Source of the DNA: Selaginella moellendorffii
Taxonomy: Eukaryota > Plantae > Lycopodiophyta
Assembly (NCBI RefSeq): GCF_000143415.4
Contig: NW_003314354.1
Coordinates: 100,575-164,574 of the forward strand
Length of the DNA stretch: 64,000 nucleotides
Reading direction: 5' to 3'
In this document: positions 13,364 through 23,880 of the stretch, piece after piece
Layout of the letters: each line of letters starts with the position of its first letter
Numbering within the stretch: position 1 is the first letter of the stretch
The notes under the pieces: generated by a model
Database searches by the model: none
What the model was told of the DNA's origin: nothing
The model's input: only the letters and a program-made list of their open reading frames with translations
Program-made: the position numbers and the translations under genes

Positions 13364-13715
13364 TCTGAAAGTGCAGAAAAGAAGTTAAGACCATACAAAA
13401 AATGATTGGAGAATGGCCTAAATCATAACATACCAAATAGCATGAGGCCACATGCCATTATTCAAACATGCTATTGACACCCACGTGAAATTTCGCATTC
13501 ACAAAATTGGCATGAGGCCTCATGCCATCTTGATATACACACAGCTGCAGGCAAGTAAAAACATACATGACAATACGCTAGCCATGAAATTGCAAGGGCC
13601 CAAGATGGCATGTGGCCTCATGCCATTTCTAAATGTGGTCCTAAACCATTCCATGGTGAACATACCAGGAAGCACAAGTGCCGAATATCAAGAGGAAGCG
13701 GTAGCCACACCAAAG

Positions 13716-13850
13716 ACAGTGCCGCTCGCAACACCGCAACTACTCGTAGCGCCGCTCGCAACACCGCAACTGCTCGTAGCGCCGCTCGCACAAACTGCCA
13801 CTCGCATAAACTGCCGCTCGCAATGGCGCTCGCAATGCCGCAACCGCTTG
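13716..13850. repeat. CG-rich ~30-bp tandem repeat upstream of the transposase
   Basis: GCCGCTCGCAACACCGCAACTRCTCGTAGC x2 plus partial units. Confidence 0.8.
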
Positions 13851-14532
13851 TAGACGCATAAACCACAGCTCACAACGCCGCTTACACAAGTAGCGCTCAC
13901 TGCGCTCAGCGGAACCAAGAACACGGCGCACAAAAATGATAGACCTAGGAATGAGTTCGAGAATTCAAAAATAACACACGCTTAAACGTCACATCAAATC
14001 CTCTGACAAACCAGATCTTATGATTCCTCTGACAAATTTCAAACTGAGTAGCTTCTAGACTTTGCTGTCGGAGGTTGAACTTTGTCACATCATGTCCTTG
14101 CCTCAATCCAGCTGTGCCATGTCAGTGATTCGAACTTTGCCATGCCATGTCAGCGATCCGCGCCAAGATTATTCGCCGTGTAAAGGAATAATTATGCTGT
14201 GTGTGTACGTCCATTTATGGCAATATAAGGCCACATGCCATTCAAAGAATAATGCTAGTCGAGCATCTTTTGGTGCATTTTTGGGTTCAAAATTGCATGA
14301 GCCCACACGCTATAAAGTTTACCTGTACCAAAAATAGAAACAGCTTTATTTATTTGGGAATTTAAGTGGTTGAGGCATTTTTAAACTTACAAACACATGC
14401 CCTACTTACATTCCTTTGGTTGCTAGCTTTCGTTTGTCCCCTTCACTAGCCTGAGATACATCTGCTCGGCATCTACCTCTTACAGCATTTGCCCAGAAAG
14501 GGCATCTTTCTTCACGCAGCATTTGCCACATG

Positions 14533-14558
14533 TTTAGGGTTTAGGGTTTAGGGTTTAG
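14533..14558. repeat. Interstitial plant telomeric repeat (TTTAGGG)3 plus a partial unit; telo-box cluster
   Basis: TTTAGGGTTTAGGGTTTAGGGTTTAG. Confidence 0.9.
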
Positions 14559-15454
14559 CAATTCAGTAGCTTGATAAACATGCAAATACAGAACTTGATG
14601 CAAAATCCTTGGATATATCACAAATCCCCTAGGACCATAAACACATTTCAATAGAGAGGGTCCTTTCATTTCATAACTCCTTACGTAGATCTTGGTGAAA
14701 CCAGAGTTAGTGAAGTTGGTTTCTTGTGATCCTGCATCTGATTGTGATGTCCCTTTGCAGTGTCGATGGAAAGGTCAATGCACACCAAACTGTAGAATCT
14801 TGGAGCAAAATAACGGTCGGATCTATGGCAAATGCCCCTGAAACATTGTAAGGCTCGTGTGATCTCATGTGGTGTCCGATCGAGATGCTTCTTTGCAGGG
14901 TCATCAAGAAGGACATTGTATACCATTCTATAAAATTTAGTTGCGATCTAACGGTTGGATCTCCAGGAAACTCAAAACAATCTCACGCGTGTCAGAATAT
15001 TCTAGGAATATACTCCTATGTGCTCCTGAAAATGGCATGCGGCCCCACGCCATTCAAGAGATAACGCCAGATGACGCCGAGCATTTTTTGGTGCATTTTT
15101 TGGGATCAAAATTGCATGAGCCCACATGCTTGAACGTCACATCAAATCCTCTGACAATTTATTTAGCTGAACATCTGGCATTTTTGGAAATACAAGATGC
15201 TTTGGAATATCCAATCATGCATGGTATAAATATAGCGAGGGTATTAAATGATATCCCAATCATGATCTTTCTTTTGGATTTCGCGTGCATGCAGTCCGAG
15301 GAATGATGACGTTGCGGATTTCTTTTGGATTTCATGCATGCGCGCGCCGATCCAGAAATTAATGGTGGTGCCCAAGTCCGAGAAATGATGACATGGCGGG
15401 ATTACCAACCGTCGTGACATTTCGCGCGTGTGAGGTTAGGTTTTGCATTTTGCT

Positions 15455-15600
15455 TCGTACTCGCGCTCGCACACTCGCGCTCGCATCGCGCTCCCACTCG
15501 CGCTCCCACTTCTCTATAGGTTTCTCGTGTGCATCGGCGTCCACTCGCGCTTGCATCACACTCGCGCTCGCATCGCGCTCGTGTGCATCGGCGTCCACTT
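15455..15600. repeat. CG-rich direct repeats upstream of the cargo gene
   Basis: CACACTCGCGCTCGCATCGCGCTC x2 and CTCGTGTGCATCGGCGTCCACT x2. Confidence 0.75.
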
Positions 15601-15800
15601 CAAGACACACCCAGTTTGTAACTTCGCCGCCAACTCCGCCGCCCACTCCGCCACCCACACGCAGCCCACTTGGCGTCCCGGGAGATTTCAGCGCCACTCT
15701 CCAACTGTAAGTGGCAGAGTAGCCTTGCTGCTATGATCCGCTGCACACACAGTGCACATTCGCCAGCGAGTCCGGTTGTCACGCCTCCATTCGGCTTCAA

Positions 15801-18800
15801 ATGGTAAGTCTTTTAGGCCAAGTAGAAAATGGCATGAGGCCACATGCCATTCAGTAGCAACATTGGCATGCACCGATTGGGCTCTCGAGTGTAGTCCGGT
15901 TACAGATGGCGTGTAGCCTCACGCCATCTTAGGATGCAGCCTCAAGACATCTGATGCAGTGGTGAATGGCGTGTGGCCTCACGTTATTTCCAGCTACTAG
16001 CTTTTCATCTGTCAGCTCTAATTGTTGTGCATTTTTGAACAGGCGAGGAATTGCGTTCTTCTTCCAGCCACTGTCAATGTGGATGCAGAGAAGGGGGAGG
16101 AGCTCACCAGTTGGACTTTCGGGATGGAAGGCGAGGATCTGAGGCTGTACAACACAGATGGTGGGAGAAAAGAATGCATGGGGATCCTCATCCAAGTGAC
16201 AGACACTCCATGCAGTTCCATGCAAGAATATGGACTGGCACTTGTGGTAGAGACAGCGTCTGCCTTCAAGATCCACCTTGCACATCCTAGCGGCTTCCCG
16301 GAGGGGGGCAGCGGCTATGAGGAATTCCTAGAGGGAGCTAGGGAGAGGTTGTCCAGGAGGCCCACAATTTCAAAGACGCTGCGGGTCTATGAAGATCACA
16401 TGGAATCCACGGACCTCACCTACGGCGATGTTCAAAAACTATATTCCAACATTGAGCCGTTGAGAGTGACTCCAGTTCGCGAAGCAAAGGGGAAGGGGGT
16501 CGATCTGGAAACTACCTCGAAGCAGAAAAGGGTGGTCAAGCTCAAGCCGACATCCGACTCTCCTGCTCCAAAAAAGAAGCTACTTAGTGATGCCATTGCC
16601 TCGGGTTCGAACACTACACCCACCAAAAAGAAGAGCCGCAAAGAGCAGAAAGAGCAAGAAGAGGCAGCAAAAATTGTCGCAGATAATAGTACTTGTTACT
16701 ATTCCAACAAAGTATATACAATCGACGTGAGCCGTATCGACATCCAAAGCAAATACAACCACAGGCTAGTATCTGATGAGTGGGTGGAGAAATTGAAGCA
16801 GAAGATGCTGGCAAGTCCAGTAACACCCGACATCGCAGACGTGATCCCCTACTACCAAAAAATGAAGGGCGAGATGAGGTTTCCAGACTTGATCAATAGG
16901 AAGGTGTTGGACGATCAGAACATCCGGTTCTATGCCGTCTCCGGGCAGCATTCTAGCTTGGCGATGCAAGAGATAGTTGTGGATATTATGGTGGGCGAGG
17001 AGGTGAAGAAAGTCTTCAAGACAAGAGTTGTCCGCCTGATAAAAGGCAACTCGCCCCTCCGATCTATCATATACATCTCCCACGCGCAGAATGTCAAGCA
17101 AGAAACGTGCTACAAATCGGGTCTGCACGAGACATTGGCACGAACACGGAAGCTCTGGGTTCAACTGAAGAAGCCACAAAAACCAGGACAAGGACGTGCA
17201 CTAGCAACTAGCGCCTGGCAGGTAAGCCTCGTTGTATGTGGCATAGCATGTGGCCTCACGCCATTTCCATTGCAGGAATTCTCGAGTCTTCTCTCGAAAA
17301 CACTGGGGGTCAATGACACACTCAGCATCCATAACATTCTACTCGCGACAAAAGTTGTTTTTGACAAATGGGTAGATGTGCTGAGGAGGTACCATGACGG
17401 GGAGTTGCCAAACTCAATGGGTGTGGAGGACGGCCGGAAGCCCAATGATTTGAAGCTCAACGCCTTGCGTTTCTCGCGGTCTCTAGACGACGACGACCTT
17501 CTGACAGTGGCTAATGCTCTTCTACGTGGTGAGGTTGTCTTCAACAAGACCAAAATGACTCCCGGCCATATTGTGACATACGAGGACTTGTGCACGACTC
17601 TGAGAGCTCGTGCGCTATTGAAGGATTGGATCTTCGAGCAAGTGGCCATGGAGAGGGTGAGCATCGACACCACGCAAGAGATGATGGAAGCGCTGGAGTT
17701 GTCAAATGAAGACATCGACGAGTACGTGAAGGGGGCCCCCAAGTTCATCGATCTGCTGCGGGATGCCACGAAAAGTAAAGCTGAGAAGTTGGATCAGTAT
17801 CCAAATTTCATTAAGATTGATGTCGACCGCCGACTTCAGAAACAGCTCGACCCCGCAGCAGAGGCCTATCGAGAACCTTACCGGGTATACTTGAATTCAG
17901 ATGAGGATCAAAGGTGGAGGAGCATCGTTTCCCGCGGAGATGAGCAGGTCAAGAACATCTTTTGTGTGATGGACTTCACAAACGAGGAGATCACTCATGC
18001 AGACGAAGTCAGCTCCATCATTGACTTAATGGTGGGACTTGCGGAGGTGGAATCTTCAGTCCACTATATGATCTACGACTCCAAATCCTATCACAAGTTC
18101 TGGAAGGCCTTGAACGAGGTGAAGGCTCGGTTGAAAGGCAAGGAGATGCGGGAGATCCATGGGATAATGGCTAAGAAGAAGATACCGACGAATGTCCGCA
18201 TCTTCACACTCGCCCTTGTTATTGGTCCTGCAGCAGAGTGGGACTGGAGTGACTTCCCAGCTTCGTTCGACAAGGCCAATCGAATTGATCTTAGGGAGGT
18301 CAATTTACCCGTGCCTGAGGAACTGAAGACGGCTATGGAGCTTTCGAATCCAAAGAAAGCTCCAGGTGCAGCATGGGAAATGCTCAGCTGGGTCTTCAAC
18401 GCAATAGCGGGTGGGTCACCTACTTCCGACTCCAAGGGCAAATGTGTTGTCGAGTACAACTGCGGCGGACTATTCTTTCGAGCCGCACTACTCAAGGGTG
18501 TCCCATGTGTTGCGGTGACAAACTCCATTGAAGAGGTGACTTCAATGGAGCATATAATTACAGTTGCCAAAGAAAAACAGTATCTTCTCTGCGAACCTGG
18601 TGAGTACACACTTTAAGTTTAAATGTTATCTCACAAGCTCTGTATGCAGGAGCGTGGCCACCCCCAGATGCTGAAACGGCGTTAACAGCTACTGTTGAAG
18701 ATACCCATGTTGGGCCGAGCTCACAACCTGCACAAGGTAAGGTCACGTGAGGCCTCACGCCATTTTGATTATAGATCGTTGTGAATATTTAGACACGAGG

Positions 18801-21414
18801 ACTGAAAAGCGCACTGGTGGCGCATCGAAGAAGGACAAACAGACAAGCAATAGGAAAAAAGGAGGTACAAATTATATTTGCAATGGCGTGTGGTCTCATG
18901 CCATTCCTTGCAGAAGAAACTTCTTCAAAGGCAAAACAGGCAAGCACCAGCCAAGCTCAAACTGACAGTGGTCATAAAAAGCGAAAGCACGTTGGACAGT
19001 CGTCGAGATAAGAGGCGTTTGATTCGAAAAGGAAGAAGGGCAACGAAAAGATGATAGGTAATGCCTCGCGGTTATGGCATGTGTGCTCATGCCATTCATT
19101 GCAGATCAAGGGCTGAGTGAAAGCAGGCAGTCACCACCTCATGACTCAGATTCCTATGGCGGACTCCCCTTCCCCAATCTCAATGGAGAGGTACAATGGA
19201 TGAGGGAAGCTTTTCAAGGCAGGGCCACGTTTTTCTCATCTCGTCGTCTTCGAAGGGTGCAAGAATGTGCAGAAACCATGTTAAGACAGTCGGGTGAGGA
19301 TACGGTCCTAGGTCACGCACTAAAACAGGCTATGGATGTCTTGTATTTTGAGATGGAGACTCGGCCAGATGATTTTCCCAAGATGGTCCTGGAAGAACAA
19401 GCCATCCAGCCTGAGCAACCTATGGAAGAAATGCAGGAGGAGGATGAGGAGCCAGAGAAAGATAATGAGCAGGAAGAGCAGAAGGACGAAGAGGAGGACA
19501 AAGAAGAGGAGGACGAAGAAGAGGAGGACGAAGAGGACTTGGATGGTCCTCACAATGGTGACGATCACAATAACGACGACGACGATGATGACGACGATGG
19601 CCAGCCTGAGGTGGCCAAAGAGCGGCGGAGGAAGGTCATACAAGACAAACCATCAGGTAAATAATAATACATCCATTCCTAACCTTTTACCATTTCTAAC
19701 ATTGTCCATGTAGGTCGCAGAGCAAATGGTAAGTAGAGATTATTCAGTTGAATTTACAAACTCTAGCCTTTAGTGTCGAGGAAGGATAGTGCCAAGCAAG
19801 GGTCGAAACGTATGTCCAATCCTTCAGAATCAGCAGTGCGCTCAAGTGATATCGGTCCTAGTTCCTCAATAGCAGTTGATGGTAAATACAGTATAGTCGA
19901 TTCAATGTGCTAATGAGTTTGTTTTTAGTAGCACGGGAGGATACCATCTTAATCGAAGGGAGATATTTGGACATGCATATGGATCCGCCAGTGGACTCTA
20001 CTTGGCTGCAAGAGTCATCAGAGCTGGTGGAGGCTACTATCCATATCAACGCCAAGCAAGCTGACCACGCTCCACTTGATGCTGCCCATACCACTGAGTC
20101 AATCTTGTCCACGTATCCAACTGACGGTGACCAGGCGCCATTGGACCCACATGAGGCCGCCGAGCCGGTCGTATCCTCATTTCCAACGGACTCAACGTGT
20201 GCCCAATCGTCTGACTACGCGCCGTTGGAACCTCCCTACACCGCCCCTGCTGCCTGTTCGGTCATGTCCACTTTGCCAACGGAGGCACCAGCTGAAATGG
20301 CGTGTGATCACACGCCATCGGAACCACCCCATGCCACTGTTGAGCCAGTTGTACCAGAGTCTACAGCTGAAATGGCATGTGCCCACACGCCATCGGATGC
20401 GATTGACCCCACATTGCAGAGGAGAGTATTTCCGCCCTTCACGTTTCCTCGACCAAAACCCTCTCAACGACCATCGGGAGCAACATTCGCTAATATTGTA
20501 GATGGTAAAATTGACTTGTACCATTTTTTATGCTGACGCATTTCATTTCAGAGTCACGGCGAAGGTACTGTATCATTTTTGATCTGAACGGTGTCCTTTT
20601 CTCCCATGAGCGTGGCTCGTCCTCGAATGTCATTGCACCCTCCAAAGCCTGCGGTCGCAAGTTGGTCAAAAGAGACAGATTCACATTAATCACACGGGAG
20701 AAACTGCGGGATCTAATAATGACCATGCGACACTTAAAACAGAGGGCCGGGTTCAATTTGCAATTGGGAGTTTGGACATCCATGATGCGCCACAATGCAT
20801 TAACGTTGCTACAGATGATGCACGATCAGACGCGAGTAATATTACCATTTGACTTTCTCCTAACGCAGGAGGATTGCTTGACTATGGTCCATGTGAGGGG
20901 TAGCAAGCCCATCTTCGTCAAGCCAGAGGCTGTAGTGATGAACCGGACTGCTAGCTCAAGTGAAATCCTCATCATCGATGACTCGCCGATTAAAACTGCA
21001 GCGAACACGCACACATATGCAGTGCACCCCATCTCTTGCAGTATGGAAACTAGGGAGAAGAAACCGTATGTTCTGGGGGACCTTGCAAAACGGCTTGGAG
21101 CGATGGTGATAGAGAACCGGCCAGTCCAGGAGGTGGCTGCAGAAATCAACCAAATGGCAGATGGAACGGTATATCAGAAGCCATTTGATCGGACAGACAC
21201 TAGTCATCATTTATGGCATGTATATTGTCTAGCCAAGCACTATCCGCATCTCCATAATCTGCTCAACCGGATGGGTTCTTCGACCACTGAACATGAGCGT
21301 GGACGTATTAGAGAAGAGATGGCATTACTATTGGGTTTAAATCCTGATAGTGTGGAGAGTGATGAAATTCCAAGATTATTGTATAGGCGTTGGAGGCAAA
21401 AAATAACAGTCTGA
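15801..21414 (+). CDS. Transposon cargo gene, 11 predicted exons (~1639 aa): ParB/DGQHR-like domain, degenerate N4/N6-MTase-like fold, acidic/low-complexity linker, FCP1/NIF-like HAD phosphatase; one in-frame TAA at 19009-19011
   Basis: Predicted exons: 15801-15803, 16043-17221, 17276-18599, 18650-18736, 18793-18864, 18914-19057, 19105-19656, 19714-19728, 19774-19881, 19932-20504, 20552-21414. All introns are GT-AG and the exons total 4920 nt in one frame. Motifs: FYAVSGQHS, VVEYNCGG..RAALLKG, IIFDLNGVLF, GVWTS, LIIDDSP.K. Confidence 0.72.
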
Positions 21415-21832
21415 GATGGCATGTATTTATTTAAAAATGTAACTTATTATGGCATGGGGTTCCATGCCATTGTATTAATATTAAAAGACAATTCTTTGAG
21501 AGGATTTGCATTATACTAGAAGTGTTACAGCATGTTATTGGAAGTTTACGAAGTTGTTTTATTAATAATGGGAAAGTAAAGATTGAATGGGGACTTGGGC
21601 TCCACCTAGACTCGGAGCAACTGAGCCAATATTAAAAGGATGGAAAGAAATTGGACGACGATGACAAGGAGAAGAGAGAGGTGAAGCAGTGGCAGGGGGA
21701 GGAGAAGTGATTGAGTAGACATTTCCTTGTTTAAAATAAAATGGCATGTGCCTCAATGCAGTTGAATTTTGTTATATTTATATACTATATAAAGGTTTGG
21801 AAACCTTATTTTACAAGTGGGATAATGACAAT

Positions 21833-21856
21833 TCCCACTTTAACGAAATAGAGCTT
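21833..21856 (-). repeat. Right TIR
   Basis: TCCCACTTTAACGAAATAGAGCTT followed by TSD GAGG. Confidence 0.95.
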
Positions 21857-22692
21857 GAGGGCATATAGGATATCGTTATGTCACTAAGAAGCTGTATAGG
21901 TCTTTTTATTAGTCAAAAATGCGACATGATGTTTTTTAGTATATATGCAGTTGCATTTGGTGCCAAGCTCGTAATACTCCCCCTTATGTTACAGAAAGAC
22001 GGTTGGAGTCAATTGTAATTTCCCGTTTGTTTCAATTGGTGGCATTTGATTTTATGGGATCTTTTCTACAATCAATTGTTGGCAATAAGTATGTTATTAT
22101 TACTTTTGACTACTTAACTCATTGGGTGGAAGTTAGTGCTATTATTAGTGCCTTTGCAACTGTTGTTAGATACTTCCTCCTCAATTAAGTGGTGTTTTAA
22201 CATTCCTATTCAGAGTGGATTCTTTCAGATAATGGTCCCACATTTATGGCTAAGATATTTCACATTTGGACATCTTAATTGAGAATATGCCACACTTTCA
22301 TGAGTGCTTATCATCCACAGTTTGACGGTTTAGTGGAATGGCTCGTTTAGACCTTCAAAGGGATGATCGTGAAGTATGTGAACTTTCAACATTCAGATTG
22401 GGATGGTTATTTGCTGTCTCTTTAGTATGCATATATCACAGGGGTGAAGAGTTCTATTAGTGCTTCACTATATAAATTTCTGTATAGTCATAATCCATTA
22501 TTACCAATGGGGTTGGATTTACTTTCGTGATTGCCATGAGTTGCTACTGCTAGGTTGTGGGATTAGTATTTGACAAGCTTTCTTCCACTTATCTGAACAA
22601 ATTTTGCCGAAAATCTAAATTATGTACAAGTGGCACAACAATAGCGCTACAACTCCCATCATTGTCCACTTGCAAAGTACAAAGTGGATAAC

Positions 22693-23379
22693 TATAGTGC
22701 ACCTTATCTCTTTCCCCTTAATCCAACTGGAAAAAGGGGCAATTGCTTGATGAGAGAGCCCTTAGTGGCTATTTTATCCCCATTTATCCCCCAAGGTTCC
22801 AAGGATCCACAGTGACAGTATATCTAAATCTCATCCCATGATCACATGCATTACACTCACCTCCCCTTTAGAGATGTCAATATCCTCATTGATTATTGAC
22901 TAACAACCCCTACTCTAACAACCCCTACTGAGACAAGGGGAACCAGCACCTTCATTTCCGCACTAAATCTACCAATCCTTCCATTGTGTAGACCAGCTAT
23001 TCCATGTGAGGCAACTAGTCTTCCACCCGTACCGCAGTCCCACGGTGGATACCTTCGTCTGGGATGCTCTACAAAAGGAAGGACATACGCATTGATGTCC
23101 AATACATACAATTTTCAAATTTAAGGGTAGGAATATACCTTGCTCAAGGGTATATTATATTTTAGGTAGCCACTAATAAATGGGAATCGAACCCGTGCCA
23201 TTTGCTCCGATACCAACTGTAATGCACCTTATCTCTCTCCCCTTAAGCCAACTGGAAAAGGGGCAATTGCTTGATGAGAGAGCCCTTAGTGGCTATTTTA
23301 TCCCCATTTATCCCCTAAGATTCCAAGGATCCACGGTGACAGTATATCCAAATCTCATCCCATGATCACATGCGCTACA
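22693..23379 (-). mobile_element. TRIM (miniature LTR element)
   Basis: LTRs 22693-22855 and 23218-23379 (~162 bp); 5-bp TSD ATAAC on both sides; minus-strand tRNA-iMet-type PBS TGGTATCGGAGC and PPT AAAGGGGAGGTGAG. Confidence 0.92.
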
Positions 23380-23687
23380 ATAACTTAGCGTTAGTCCATT
23401 TTCCCCATCTTACGATATATGGTTTATCTAAGAGGCTCCTTGCTCAGTGGAAAGAACTATATCAGGTGTTGTGGCAAGTTGGACTATAAGTTTATAAGGT
23501 TTGGCATGATGTCTAGTAGACCAATCTTGATGTATGTATAGTGGTTGAAACACTTCATAAAAAGGGATTAGGAATAATTGGTACCACCTATAGATCCACC
23601 GATGCCTCCTCCTAATATTCCTACAAATCCCGGCCCATCTATAAAGGAGCCTTGATGGTTTTTCATTATTCCAAGAGGAGAGGATGA

Positions 23688-23860
23688 TATGAGATCCAAG
23701 TATATGGATATGATGCCGTATCCTAATATTAACATAGTGGGATTTTGGTAGCTGTCAAATTGGTTTCAATCTGGACCACTCGCTCTTGTATATAAGTTAG
23801 GGTTTTTGGGCTAATTAATATACACATTTCTATATTCCATTTCCATATTCCATGCATTCA
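23688..23860 (+). repeat. Family A LTR (central, shared)
   Basis: Preceded by a PPT and followed by a PBS-like sequence, so it acts as the 3' LTR of copy 1 and the 5' LTR of copy 2. Confidence 0.8.
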
Positions 23861-23880
23861 TTGGTGGATGTGAGGGGCAA

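Larger units (their letters stand above)
9832..21760. repeat. Dispersed 22-bp palindrome family ATGGCRTGNGGCCNCAYGCCAT (>20 copies)
   Basis: Copies start at 9832, 10148, 10200 (half), 11543, 11600, 13437, 13507, 13605, 14217, 14292, 15032, 15111, 15829, 15906, 15966, 17243, 18742, 18883, 19074, 20297, 20372, 21449 and 21741. No full copy was seen outside the TIR element. Confidence 0.92.
9606..21856 (-). mobile_element. 12.25-kb TIR DNA transposon, Sola-like (DDD transposase), with cargo gene
   Basis: Perfect 24-bp TIR AAGCTCTATTTCGTTAAAGTGGGA (9606-9629; reverse complement at 21833-21856). 4-bp TSD GAGG (9602-9605, 21857-21860). It interrupts the family-A integrase region; the uninterrupted site in the second A copy (~34074-34090) reads TTCTAGGCGAGCATAT. 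Confidence 0.93.

Noticed and set aside
16022-18616. 864-aa ORF as a complete single-exon gene
   Set aside because: It starts at TTG within an intron, reads through an in-frame 54-nt intron and ends in another intron; it is part of the larger spliced gene.
9832-21760. Palindromic repeats as a CRISPR array
   Set aside because: Spacing is irregular (tens of bp to ~2 kb), copies lie in introns and CDS of a eukaryotic element, and there are no cas genes.
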